From a virus, in the IMG/VR virus record IMGVR_UViG_3300025881_000006, positions 143,324-194,866 of that record: a stretch of 51,543 nucleotides of DNA. One strand, 5' to 3'. Both the position numbers and the translations under genes were made by a program. This document shows, one piece after another, positions 19,063-29,541 of this stretch. The notes under the pieces were generated by a model. It worked only from the letters and a program-made list of their open reading frames with translations. It had not been told where the DNA came from and did no database searches. Every line of letters begins with the position of its first letter. The stretch's first letter is position 1.

Positions 19063-20244
19063 ATGAGTGCTATGCCAGAGCATCAAGTTAATAGTACCTT
19101 ATATTACGAAGTATCAACCATTAATGTCGCAGACGACACGTCGCATAAGGAGAAAGACGAACATAACCAAATAGCATGTCACAGCGTAGAACAAGAGATA
19201 TTAAACTATACCGGTGAGGTGATTGTCCTTACTACTCGAAACGGTCTTAAAGTACCCACGTTACCTATACCCAATACTGGTAGGGTAGGACATTCGTCTA
19301 AACGTGAATTCATTATACGGTATACGTATCGAATAAAGAACATGGAACAGCTGGAGAAAGTACGTAAGTATTTAATCTCAGGTGACCTTAACCTTAGACC
19401 CTTAGAACGAAAGAAATTATTGGAGGCAATAGATAAACCTAACCGTGCATTGTTTAATACTGATAACTCTAAGATAGATTACGAGTACGTTATACCCTAT
19501 CAAGATATCATCGATAGAGCCGGAGTGGTATACGTTAGTGAGGCAGATGTGTTACTGTCACTTGAAAGACTAGCAGACCAGTGTTTTCACCCACATAGTC
19601 AAGATGCGTTACAGCGAAAGGTACTTAGCGAAGAGGAGCAAGGTAGAAACATTGACCGCTTCTTCTGTAGGGTTAGTATCGTTGATAATCACAACAAACA
19701 TTCTGACAAGTACATTAACATAGCAGGACACGTGTATAAGGTCCCTGTTATTTCAGCTAGTGATATGCGAGAGGGTGTTTATGTCACAACCTCAGGTGCA
19801 CTTAAGAATGGAATAGTAGAAGGTAAGGGTGCGTGTACACACTACACGATGGAGGACTGTATGGTAGATGGACAGACCCCTATCCTACTTTACAATACCA
19901 TAGAAGCAGCTTTAACATTAGGTGGCTCTAGTGCAGTAGAGGAGCGTATTAAGTTACAAGAGAAGATACGTTTAGAGGAAGTGAAACGTATTACTGATGA
20001 GGCTAAGGCTAGACAGGATGAGGCTAAGCATTTACGTGAGGAGAAAAGATTAAGGCGTGAGGAGGATAGACTGGCACGTGAGGAAAAGAAGTTGGAGCGT
20101 GAGGAGAAAGCAGCAGACCGTAAAGACCTGTATGACCAGAGGAAGTCAGAACAGTCTATGGTGATAGAAGTAGTTAAGTTTGGAACTACTGCTATAGCGG
20201 GTATCTTGACAGGAATAGCACTTTTCAAGAAGTTCTCAAGTTAA
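19063..20244 (+). CDS. Jumbo-phage protein with C-terminal coiled coil and membrane anchor
   Basis: REE(K/D) heptad-like repeats, then a hydrophobic tail; precedes the nvRNAP subunit gene. Confidence 0.7.
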   Translation: MSAMPEHQVNSTLYYEVSTINVADDTSHKEKDEHNQIACHSVEQEILNYTGEVIVLTTRNGLKVPTLPIPNTGRVGHSSKREFIIRYTYRIKNMEQLEKVRKYLISGDLNLRPLERKKLLEAIDKPNRALFNTDNSKIDYEYVIPYQDIIDRAGVVYVSEADVLLSLERLADQCFHPHSQDALQRKVLSEEEQGRNIDRFFCRVSIVDNHNKHSDKYINIAGHVYKVPVISASDMREGVYVTTSGALKNGIVEGKGACTHYTMEDCMVDGQTPILLYNTIEAALTLGGSSAVEERIKLQEKIRLEEVKRITDEAKARQDEAKHLREEKRLRREEDRLAREEKKLEREEKAADRKDLYDQRKSEQSMVIEVVKFGTTAIAGILTGIALFKKFSS

Positions 20245-20387
20245 AAATAACAGTAAACTGTCTTATTATGACAAATGTATTACTAACGGTTAGTATTTAT
20301 ATTTTTATTCCAGATACAACACCATAACTACCTTGCGGTTATGTATGTATTTTTATATCTATAAAAACAAGAAACGAGGAAGGATAC

Positions 20388-21998
20388 GTGGATAAAATAC
20401 TCTTTGATGCTATAAACAAGAGCGTACCCAAGATTAATCCCTTACTGGCAAACGGTATTGTTACAGAACAACTTAAGGAGGTAGAACATTATATTGATAC
20501 GGTGTTTAAATGTGCTTCATTATCATTTCCCGAAGGTTTGAATTACGTAGGTTATAAGCGCTGTACTCCCAAGGAGGAATATGCTGAGATAACTCGTAAA
20601 CGTTGGAATAATACAGTCTTTGAATTGGCGGTCACAGACGTGTATATGTTAAAGTATTACTTTAGCTACAATGGTACCCAATTACCCCCTCGATATCTTT
20701 TCCTTCCCTTTGTACGTAAAGGTGGAACGATTTATATCAGAGGTAGTCTGTTTGTTATCAATCCGGTAATGACAGATAGATTGTTCTCTGTTGACGGCGA
20801 TAGTCTTTTTATGCCGCTTACTAGAGACAAGCTAACGTTTGATAGAATCAACCATAACTTCTATGCTAACGGTCAACGTCGTTCTGTATCTGTTGTGTGG
20901 AGTCATATCTACCACAGTCCTAAGAATAGCCGAGCTCGTAACATTGTAATGGGGTCTAAGCGTATAGACGCACAGACTACGTTAGGACATTACCTATTTT
21001 CTAAGTATGGCGTAACCGAAGCATTTAAGAGGTTTGCTAATACGGAAGTAATATTAGGTGATAGTGAAATTGATGCTGAGAAATATCCACCAGAAGAATG
21101 GATAATTTGTCAATCAACTGGCATTAAGCCCGCAACTGTTAAAGATAAAGCATATCAGAAAACCACAGTTAGATTAGCTATTCGTGAAAAGGATTATAAC
21201 TTTGTTACTGAGTCACTAGTGGCAGCGTTGTTCTACCTTACTGACCACTTCTCTGAGAGAGTGTTAAGTGAATACCTAGACCAAACTAGATTGTGGCGTA
21301 CACTGATGGGCCATATTATCTTTAAGAGTAATGCTAACGAAGGAAAGTTAGTAGAAGATGTAGATGCACACCTAATCTCCCTAGATGATTACCTAGATGG
21401 GATGGTAACTGAGCAACTTCGTGAAGAAGGGGTTTACTGTGAGTCTATATACGAGTTATTTATCCACATAATCGAAACCATGACTGAACGTATAGTACAT
21501 ACAGACGTCAGTAGTCTCTACGATAAGAGGCTAACAGTTTTGAGATATATATTATCAGATGTGGTAAACGCTATCTTTAGATTAACGTTTAAGTTAAACA
21601 GCAATCAAAAGAAAGTCTTAACTGATAAGGACATCATTAAGATAATGGAAAAGATGTTACGCGTCGATGCTGTCATGAAAATCAACACTGGTCATGGCGA
21701 AGTAAGTTCGGTAAGTAACTCTGGTGATAACATGCTCTTTAAACTAACCAGTAAGACGGTGCCTCAAACTGATGCAACGGGTAATGGTAAGCGAAAAGGT
21801 AGTAACACCGGTCCATCCCGGTTCCTTCATACGTCTCTGGCGGAAGTATGTAGTTATGGGAACCAACCTAAGTTCTGTCCCACAGGTCATTCACGCATAA
21901 ACCCTTACTTACAAATAGGCGTGGATGGTACCATTACTCAGAACGAGGAATTTAAACCATTACTAGACCATGTGCAGGCGAGAATAGCACGAGTATAG
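20388..21998 (+). CDS. Non-virion RNA polymerase beta-type subunit (phiKZ gp123-like)
   Basis: 536 aa, GTG start with SD gagga; RYLFLPFV, FLHTSLAE, PTGHSRINPY motifs; downstream of the capsid gene as in phiKZ. Confidence 0.8.
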   Translation: MDKILFDAINKSVPKINPLLANGIVTEQLKEVEHYIDTVFKCASLSFPEGLNYVGYKRCTPKEEYAEITRKRWNNTVFELAVTDVYMLKYYFSYNGTQLPPRYLFLPFVRKGGTIYIRGSLFVINPVMTDRLFSVDGDSLFMPLTRDKLTFDRINHNFYANGQRRSVSVVWSHIYHSPKNSRARNIVMGSKRIDAQTTLGHYLFSKYGVTEAFKRFANTEVILGDSEIDAEKYPPEEWIICQSTGIKPATVKDKAYQKTTVRLAIREKDYNFVTESLVAALFYLTDHFSERVLSEYLDQTRLWRTLMGHIIFKSNANEGKLVEDVDAHLISLDDYLDGMVTEQLREEGVYCESIYELFIHIIETMTERIVHTDVSSLYDKRLTVLRYILSDVVNAIFRLTFKLNSNQKKVLTDKDIIKIMEKMLRVDAVMKINTGHGEVSSVSNSGDNMLFKLTSKTVPQTDATGNGKRKGSNTGPSRFLHTSLAEVCSYGNQPKFCPTGHSRINPYLQIGVDGTITQNEEFKPLLDHVQARIARV

Positions 21999-22031
21999 TA
22001 ACGCAACGTACGCAAATATAGAGGTGCAAGT

Positions 22032-24095
22032 ATGTATAATCAATCGGCATTACCATTTGACCCGATAAATTTGGACCCCGCTCCAAGTAATCAAGGGACA
22101 TTTAACATGACGTCACCTATGCCACACAACTTTAATCCGAACATGCGGGAACTATTTCCTAATATCGATGGACAGATTAAAGCGATTGTGGACGATAAGG
22201 CTGACCTCAATCCATTACGAGGATTTCTGTATAATCAGTTATCCAGTAATGGCTTTAACAATCCAGCATACAGTCAATTACTTTGCATGGTGGCTGACTG
22301 TGCAGAACTGTATTTCGCAACTAGAAAGTTCGGTACAGACCCAGGAACAGTTATATGGAATGCAGCAGAGAATCTTGTTGGAATAGCAGCTTCTGCTAAC
22401 CTGTTTGAATTCCCTGAGTTGGCAAACTTTATAGAACCCTCCCTAGGGACAGGTGCTGAAAGAAACATGGCAATCTTTAATTCCTTAAAAGGCGAGATTG
22501 CACAGTTCCAACAAAGTCGTGGTGCTCCACCACAACATCAGCAGAACAGTCAGTATAGTACGTCATCGTATCAACCTACTAGACAACCTCAAGGTCAACA
22601 CTTTCAAGGTGGCGGTCAAGGATATGGTCAACCTCAACAACCTGTACGGCAAGTACAACGTGCCGGTGGTCCTAATCCTAATGGCGTATCTAGTAATAAT
22701 GGAATGTTTAAAGCTAATAGTGGACATGCCCCTAATAACAATGTGGGTGTACGTACACGCGGTGGCGTTCATGAGTACGATGATGACGAAGAAATATTTG
22801 AAGCGCCTACGAGAGTAGTTCGTGGTGCACCAGTAGAAGTAGAAGATACTCCAGCAGAAACACCTGCTCCATTACAACAGAGAAATAAGTTAACTGGTCC
22901 TGTTATCATGGACGAAGTACCTGAAGGCTTCACAGTCAAACCAGGCACATTAACTAACCTTCTTTACAATAAACAAATGCAACGTAAACTTTACATAGTA
23001 ACCCCTACTAACAGGTATGTAGAAGTAATAGTTGCGCTAGGAGATGACATGGATTACAACGAACACGAATTAGACGCAGCACAAGTATCACAAACTCTTC
23101 CACCTCACAAAGCTAAAGTGGCTAAAGATGAAGAGGGTGATGTGAATACCGTATGGAACAACTATCAGTTTGACGGTGAAACACTTGCTATCAATCCTAA
23201 CATGCAAGGTGGTTCTACTTCTATACAAGTACATTCAACCATTGATGCGCATAGCAAAGAAGAAGCAGAACTGATACTGCGTCAATCTTTACAACGCCAA
23301 GGTGTAAAAGTGAACGATGGGACTATCCTTGAATATCACTATCGTCACCTTAAACCTATTTCATTTGCTAAGGGCTATGATGGCGAACAAGTACTTCTTC
23401 GTTGTGAAACGTTAGAAGAGTTCCTATATGAATTACCTCGTGCAAATATGCCTGCTCGCATCATTGGCCTATTGAGTACCAGAGCAATTGCGATTATTAA
23501 TGAAGTGCTTAACCACTCTCTCTCTATTCCATGGACTATCAGTGAACTGTCTGATTACGATGAGTTGATTGTTTCTCTAGCAGAAGAGAAAGGTAAAGTG
23601 GCGCATGATTTATTCGTAGCTAAATCTGGTGAGCTAGTACCATTAATGTTCAATGCCTTACCTGCCCCTGAAGCGGCTGAGTATTTATCTAAGTGTTATC
23701 CACTAGACCTAGTTGAAGGACATGTGTTAGAAATTCGCGATGGTGTGAATGCTGACTCTTATGCTATTGAACGTGTGGATGGCGAAGAAGGTGATGACTT
23801 TAAACCCGTTGAAGAGTTTGACGATGTGTTTGAAGTGATGGTAACGTACGATACTGTATCCGTTACTTTATTACCTTGGACACTTGATGATATGGGTATG
23901 GCTGCAAGTCAAACCGAAGGTGTGATTACTGAATCAGCTAACCCTGTTGAATTCAATACACTTAAAGAATTATTCAACCGTACTAAAGAATCTAATGTAA
24001 GACATTACTACATTGATACTGAAGATGGCAAACGTCTTTCTGTACATCGGGGTTGGTTAAACAAGAACTACTACAAAGTAGTAACTGTTAAATAG
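22032..24095 (+). CDS. Conserved jumbo-phage protein with central Gln/Gly/Pro-rich low-complexity linker
   Basis: 687 aa, SD gagg; follows the nvRNAP subunit. Confidence 0.7.
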   Translation: MYNQSALPFDPINLDPAPSNQGTFNMTSPMPHNFNPNMRELFPNIDGQIKAIVDDKADLNPLRGFLYNQLSSNGFNNPAYSQLLCMVADCAELYFATRKFGTDPGTVIWNAAENLVGIAASANLFEFPELANFIEPSLGTGAERNMAIFNSLKGEIAQFQQSRGAPPQHQQNSQYSTSSYQPTRQPQGQHFQGGGQGYGQPQQPVRQVQRAGGPNPNGVSSNNGMFKANSGHAPNNNVGVRTRGGVHEYDDDEEIFEAPTRVVRGAPVEVEDTPAETPAPLQQRNKLTGPVIMDEVPEGFTVKPGTLTNLLYNKQMQRKLYIVTPTNRYVEVIVALGDDMDYNEHELDAAQVSQTLPPHKAKVAKDEEGDVNTVWNNYQFDGETLAINPNMQGGSTSIQVHSTIDAHSKEEAELILRQSLQRQGVKVNDGTILEYHYRHLKPISFAKGYDGEQVLLRCETLEEFLYELPRANMPARIIGLLSTRAIAIINEVLNHSLSIPWTISELSDYDELIVSLAEEKGKVAHDLFVAKSGELVPLMFNALPAPEAAEYLSKCYPLDLVEGHVLEIRDGVNADSYAIERVDGEEGDDFKPVEEFDDVFEVMVTYDTVSVTLLPWTLDDMGMAASQTEGVITESANPVEFNTLKELFNRTKESNVRHYYIDTEDGKRLSVHRGWLNKNYYKVVTVK

Positions 24096-24134
24096 TTTGA
24101 AGTAAGGGTAGCACGTAGCGTACGTGCATTTTTG

Positions 24135-24167
24135 GAGGAGGGGTTTTATTACCCTCCTCTTTTTTTT
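24135..24167 (+). terminator. Intrinsic terminator
   Basis: gaggaggg...ccctcctc followed by a T run. Confidence 0.7.
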
Positions 24168-24188
24168 GTCTTATTAAGGATTGGGAAT

Positions 24189-24410
24189 ATGATAGGTAGC
24201 AAGTCTAGTAGGGTAAGGGGGCAGGCAGCCACTATGATTGCATTAGCTGCATCTATGGAAGCGGATATGGCGATGAACCATGCAGTACGTGCAAGTAGTT
24301 ATCTAAGTGGCAACCAACAGCGCCATAGTACACCCTTAGATAAAAGTGGTAAAAAGAAACGTGCAGCTGCTAAGCGTGCAAGTAAGGCTCGTAAGAAACA
24401 TAGGAAGTAA
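24189..24410 (+). CDS. Small basic protein
   Basis: ATG 24189 preferred over TTG 24132, which lies before the terminator; C-terminus KKKRAAAKRASKARKKHRK. Confidence 0.6.
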   Translation: MIGSKSSRVRGQAATMIALAASMEADMAMNHAVRASSYLSGNQQRHSTPLDKSGKKKRAAAKRASKARKKHRK

Positions 24411-24413
24411 AAC

Positions 24414-24602
24414 ATGTTTAAACAGAATATACTACCTACTGTCATATCAGCCGCGTTATCACGATATCCAACTGAGGAAGAACTCAACGATTATACGACA
24501 CCTCTTCCTTGGGAGACGTCCTATTACTTAATACCCTTCCCTGACTTCATGGAACCTTGGAAAACACACTATGGGAACATTGATAGTGAGACTGTTGGTT
24601 AA
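24414..24602 (+). CDS. Hypothetical protein
   Basis: 62-aa ORF, SD agga. Confidence 0.45.
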   Translation: MFKQNILPTVISAALSRYPTEEELNDYTTPLPWETSYYLIPFPDFMEPWKTHYGNIDSETVG

Positions 24603-24653
24603 AGTATAGCTGATAGTACACTAGAGCTCCTGTAAGCCACGCTATGACCATTT

Positions 24654-24697
24654 ACGGCATAAAGAAAGGGCATTACACCCTTTCTTTTTTTATGCGT
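24654..24697. terminator. Bidirectional hairpin with TATGC(C)GT on both strands
   Basis: acggcataaagaaaggg-cattaca-ccctttctttttttatgcgt. Confidence 0.75.
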
Positions 24698-24702
24698 CTA
24701 TA

Positions 24703-27414
24703 CTAAGACTCAGGGATATCTACAGCAAAGTCATCGTCAGGTAAATCATCACCCGGAACATCTTCTTCATCTGTTGGTGGAGCTATCTCCTCCTCTTCCC
24801 CTGGCGGCGTTTCTTCTTCATCGCTCGCTGGCGGTTCCTGACCATCCAATTTCGCTTGAAGTTCAGCCACTTGTGCTTCAAGTTCAGCCACCCTTCCCGC
24901 TTCTTCTTCTGCATCAGCAGCCTCCTTCTCTTCATCAGCAGCCAGTTCGGCGTCAGTCTTACGACCTTTCTTACGAAGATTACGTAATAACTCTGTCATG
25001 GAATCGAGTATTGCTTTGGTATGTTCAGTATGTACGGTATTGATATCGAAACCAAATACTTCATCCTTAACATTAAGCATACCTTCCAATTCAGGCATGA
25101 TGTTATTCTTACGTAACCACTGACGTTGAAAGTAAGCCTTAAGTGCGGCTATCGTAGGTTCAATACCTTCTTCCAACTCAGAGCCACCTAACATCCCATC
25201 AAACATATCAGGATTGATATAAGCTATCAGTGCTTCGTCTAGTAATTCATTAAATTGACCAAACGCTTCACCCTGATTAGAAAGTTTAGCAGTATCTGGT
25301 GTAGGTAGAGATACAATGATACTTTCCACTAACTTACGCGTTAATGTGAATATATTATCTTTCTCACCATCGCCGTCTACATCTACTTCATCTTTACTAA
25401 CCTTCTTACCTGTTTTTGTCTTCTTCACTTCTTCACGTATCTCATCCATTAGATAGCCGCTGTTTAAAGTGTACTTCTTAACAAACTCTGCAAGGAAGTA
25501 ACAAAACGCTTCTTGATAAATAATAACACGCTTAGCAAGTAATAGGTTAGACCCTACCAAGTTAGTAGCAAACTCTACATCCAACGTTGCATCTATAGTC
25601 TCGGGTGCAATACCCATGGCCATGAAGTGACGATTACGTAAACTTTCTTCTAATTCACTATCTACCTTTTGTACGTTTCGAGTACTATCTTCAATACTTG
25701 TCTTCGTTTCTGGATAAGCAGGGTTACCTTCCACGTTAACATCCACTGAAGAACGTTGTAAGAATCCAGTGATATCAGAAGGGTCCATAATGCCTAACGG
25801 ATAAGCAGTTTGATGGTTACGCGTAAAGTCGTGTAATATCTTTTCTACTGTAGACGTTGGGTCTGGATCGTCTGGGTCAAGTGTTACGTTAACCTTAGTA
25901 CGTCCTACTGAGTTCTTAATTGAAGCCATGGTGTTAGCGAATAACATCATTGCACGCAAAGAGGCAATAATCTTAGAGCCTTCTAATAGTGAGCGACCTG
26001 TTCCGTTTTCATTGTAACTAAATGCAATGTACGTTAACAGTTCAGAAGGTACGAATAACATCTGGGTATGCTTCTTAGATAAAGCACGAGCAAACATAAT
26101 ACGACCTACTTCTTCAGGACAACTTAAGGTAGCCCCTTCACCATACACACCGTGCTGTAAACGTTTGACTAAGTCACCCTCTACCATTTCAGTATAGGCT
26201 CTAACCATATCCCCTTCAGTATCTTTAGAGTTATTAGTACTGTCACCATACATCGCTTCTTTAGTACGACTTAGTAACTCACTAATCCCTGCTTTATCCC
26301 CAGCCATCTTGGTACGTAATACGTCAAAATACTTAGAGTCTTTAGCTTTACTGATTGGATTGCCATTCTTATCAAGTAGTAAGAAGTAACCCACATGTTG
26401 ACTAACGTCAGAAGGTACGTGTACAGGAATGACCGATTCAGAAGGTAACTTCATTACTAACGGATTACCCACAGAGCCTTTCTCTAGTGTCTCATCTGTT
26501 TGTAACTGAACGACATTTTCAACACGATACTGGCGAGGTCGGTAAGCTGATTTTAAATCTTTCTCTTCTTTAGTTAGTCTCTCATCATTACCATATGCCT
26601 CTTTACCAATAGAAGAAATACCGGCAGCATCAAGTTTATGAGCGATAGCATCTTGTGTTAACTTATCAATTATCATTGGTAGTTTAACAAGGTTGATATT
26701 ATCAGTAACTGTGGTGAATTTATTAATACCACTATACGACATACCGTTGGCAGGGCGATTACGTCTACCGAAACTCTCTAAGCTAAAGGCATCTTCACTA
26801 TTGGCGGATTTGACCTTACCATCTTTATCATAGGGGTCACCTAGAATACCTACAGTTTTAATAGCACCAGTTGGGTTAAAGAAGCCAGCTACACTTTCTT
26901 TACTGACTTGGTTTTCCGAATTAATGACGGCATCCATGGTGTTTTCAGGGATAACCATAATAGGATAACTACCTGTTTTAAACAGGGCATCGTTTAACAT
27001 TTCAGTTACACGCTTCTTAAGCGGGAATGTATTTTGAAAATGGTTACTCACTATTTTTATGACCGCAGCAACTGCTTCGCCCACATCACCGGTTTGGGTA
27101 GAAGTAAACTTAATCTCTGTGGAAATCATGTCTTTAGGAGAAAGAATAGACGATACCAACACCTGCATGGCAAGTTCTGTATCGGGCAGTATTTCAAATA
27201 TTGCCTTACTATCCGTAATACTACCGGCGACTCTACTGGAGATATCTTCCAGTGTACTTTTATTAGGACCCTTAATGTTGCTAGGCGGTTTACCCGGTTG
27301 GGCATCTCTAGCAGGTACTAGTTTACTGAATATAGCAGCAACTTCAGGCGATAGGCTACGTGTACTCTCAAAGCGAGGTACGTTACCCTTGCGCAGTTCT
27401 TTGGTGCTCTTCAT
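24703..27414 (-). CDS. Portal protein (phiKZ gp129-like)
   Basis: 903 aa; LVSSILSPKDM, KLPSESVIPVHVP, NGTGRSLLE motifs; acidic tail; divergent from the structural genes. Confidence 0.8.
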   Translation of the reverse strand: MKSTKELRKGNVPRFESTRSLSPEVAAIFSKLVPARDAQPGKPPSNIKGPNKSTLEDISSRVAGSITDSKAIFEILPDTELAMQVLVSSILSPKDMISTEIKFTSTQTGDVGEAVAAVIKIVSNHFQNTFPLKKRVTEMLNDALFKTGSYPIMVIPENTMDAVINSENQVSKESVAGFFNPTGAIKTVGILGDPYDKDGKVKSANSEDAFSLESFGRRNRPANGMSYSGINKFTTVTDNINLVKLPMIIDKLTQDAIAHKLDAAGISSIGKEAYGNDERLTKEEKDLKSAYRPRQYRVENVVQLQTDETLEKGSVGNPLVMKLPSESVIPVHVPSDVSQHVGYFLLLDKNGNPISKAKDSKYFDVLRTKMAGDKAGISELLSRTKEAMYGDSTNNSKDTEGDMVRAYTEMVEGDLVKRLQHGVYGEGATLSCPEEVGRIMFARALSKKHTQMLFVPSELLTYIAFSYNENGTGRSLLEGSKIIASLRAMMLFANTMASIKNSVGRTKVNVTLDPDDPDPTSTVEKILHDFTRNHQTAYPLGIMDPSDITGFLQRSSVDVNVEGNPAYPETKTSIEDSTRNVQKVDSELEESLRNRHFMAMGIAPETIDATLDVEFATNLVGSNLLLAKRVIIYQEAFCYFLAEFVKKYTLNSGYLMDEIREEVKKTKTGKKVSKDEVDVDGDGEKDNIFTLTRKLVESIIVSLPTPDTAKLSNQGEAFGQFNELLDEALIAYINPDMFDGMLGGSELEEGIEPTIAALKAYFQRQWLRKNNIMPELEGMLNVKDEVFGFDINTVHTEHTKAILDSMTELLRNLRKKGRKTDAELAADEEKEAADAEEEAGRVAELEAQVAELQAKLDGQEPPASDEEETPPGEEEEIAPPTDEEDVPGDDLPDDDFAVDIPES

Positions 27415-27459
27415 TGTCTACTCCATTCATTTATTATTTTGTAAAGAGGATTAAATTCC

Positions 27460-29541
27460 ATGTCAGATTCAATATACCTACTCTATCAAGAGGCTACAAT
27501 CAATCTGGCGCGTTCGCTGGTCATTAAATCCACATCGGTTGCCAATGCAATTAATCGAGAATTAACACTATTAGGCGAAGACGTCGATGTAAGTCTGCCA
27601 CATAGTTGGAAGTACTATCTTAATTTAAACGGACAGTATCATGAAACAGATACACCTATGGAGGTAGTATCCCTCGATACGTTAGAAATCATACCATTTA
27701 CCCGCGAATCTTTAGATATACACCGCAGTACTAGAAAGGCCTATGCCTTTAACAGCAGTCAGTACATTTCACTATTAGATAAATTCCCTGAACAGGAATT
27801 ACTTATTAAAGGTATAGTCGACCCCGTTGATATAGATGAAGCTATCAATGCGAAAGACTTTACCATTATACATTACGAACCTAGTCTGGTTGAAAGTAAT
27901 GAAATAGATTTAATAACGCGTTTACAGGATTGGTTGTATGGGTTCATGGCACGCTGGCATGTCAGTGCATATGAATTTACTGATGACCTTTATATGGCAT
28001 CTGCTTGGGCTACGATGATAGTTAATGTTCCTAATACGATATTAAATATCCGTTTAGACAACTGTCGTACTCCACGCGTACATAGCTACCATATCTGGAC
28101 GTACCTACGTTCTAATGCAGCACTAGCACAGTACCGCTCAACCCTTACCACTACTCAAGCTTTATTCTTGTATCGTAACATCAGATATATCCTTAACAAC
28201 TCAGGTAAGACTGAGACGTTTGAACTATTAATTAAACGTATGTTAACAGATAGAGGGTTTGCCATTTACGGCTACGACCTAAGGCACGGGTTGGAACGTC
28301 AGCCTGATGAGACTCGTCCTGATATTGAGATGCTTAGATATCCCTTAGATACGGCATTGGTGGATGTAAGGGTAAACCGTATCAGAGAAGTAGAAGAAGT
28401 CTTACGAGACACCGCTACTTTAGCTAAGGATAATGGACAGTATATTCCTGAGATTGCCCAGCAGATTATAGAAGATACTCAGCGCTCTGGTAAGAACAAC
28501 ATTCAAACCAAAGTAGTAGAGAGCATTGTATCGTCTAATAAAGACTTATCCGATATTACCTTGGAAGAGTTGTTGGTTGAGCACTGGGCTTACTTAAGTT
28601 CTATTAACGTGTACGTGGCTAACCTTAATGTGTTAAACCCTGTAACGGGTGAAGTGTTACAGCTTAATCCAAACGATGCTTTTATTTTGTACCTTTATGT
28701 ATTCAATGCATCCTTTGGTGTGATACTCGAAGATATCCCTACCTTTACTACACAGCGTATAGTTCGCGATACTAACGTGTCATTTAAAGACATCACCTCA
28801 GGATTGGATTACGAGGTAGTAGGACCATTTAAGGAGTTATATGAATCTATACCGGGCGTTGGTACTATCATTAACCCCGATAGCTTTTACGAGCACGTTG
28901 AAATCATTCATCATGTAGTATCTACTCTAGTCAACTCTGCGAAACATGCCGAGACGATGGAAGGTAGAGCTCATATACGTGAACTACTTCATCGTATTAC
29001 TCAAACCCACGACTTCTCACTATCTCCTACTGTTAAGTATAGCGACTGGTTCTTATCAAACGATATTGACATAGCGAATATATCAACAGTAGATGCAGCT
29101 GAGTTGTATGTATTGCTTTATAAAACTGCAACAGGTTTACTTGGTAGACTATCAATTTCACCAGAAGAGATTCAACGTGACTTGATTGCTATCATGGATG
29201 CACTAACGAGTTATGATGTTCAGTTTATCAAAACCCTAGTAGGTGAAAATGCATTTATATTAGATGCAAATAAAGCACGTGTTGGGAAGACATGGGGCAA
29301 GTTAAAACAGGATGCGGGTGGACTTGATACGACACTACGAATCCAAAGACAGTTTACCTCTATCAATGCAGGTAGAGAGAACGGTCAAATTGGTACGTTA
29401 AAGCTGACGGATAACACCAAATCCTATGAAAAACTTACACTCGTTAATGCTAGTCCTATCGTAACGCAATCTGGCATAAGACAAAATATAGGGTCAGTGC
29501 GAATCCCTAGCATTACTCTCGTTCAAAAGGAAACTATTTAA
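27460..29541 (+). CDS. Virion structural, putative baseplate protein (gp128-like)
   Basis: 693 aa; SWKYYLNLNGQYH, VHSYHIWTYL, LFLYRNIRY motifs; adjacent to portal. Confidence 0.65.
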   Translation: MSDSIYLLYQEATINLARSLVIKSTSVANAINRELTLLGEDVDVSLPHSWKYYLNLNGQYHETDTPMEVVSLDTLEIIPFTRESLDIHRSTRKAYAFNSSQYISLLDKFPEQELLIKGIVDPVDIDEAINAKDFTIIHYEPSLVESNEIDLITRLQDWLYGFMARWHVSAYEFTDDLYMASAWATMIVNVPNTILNIRLDNCRTPRVHSYHIWTYLRSNAALAQYRSTLTTTQALFLYRNIRYILNNSGKTETFELLIKRMLTDRGFAIYGYDLRHGLERQPDETRPDIEMLRYPLDTALVDVRVNRIREVEEVLRDTATLAKDNGQYIPEIAQQIIEDTQRSGKNNIQTKVVESIVSSNKDLSDITLEELLVEHWAYLSSINVYVANLNVLNPVTGEVLQLNPNDAFILYLYVFNASFGVILEDIPTFTTQRIVRDTNVSFKDITSGLDYEVVGPFKELYESIPGVGTIINPDSFYEHVEIIHHVVSTLVNSAKHAETMEGRAHIRELLHRITQTHDFSLSPTVKYSDWFLSNDIDIANISTVDAAELYVLLYKTATGLLGRLSISPEEIQRDLIAIMDALTSYDVQFIKTLVGENAFILDANKARVGKTWGKLKQDAGGLDTTLRIQRQFTSINAGRENGQIGTLKLTDNTKSYEKLTLVNASPIVTQSGIRQNIGSVRIPSITLVQKETI

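Noticed and set aside
19990-20110. Tandem DNA repeat (cgtgagga units)
   Set aside because: Explained by REE(K/D) coiled-coil coding repeats in the protein.
14361-27414. Introns or inteins in helicase, RNAP subunit or portal
   Set aside because: The ORFs are continuous, of plausible length, and show no splice or homing-endonuclease motifs.
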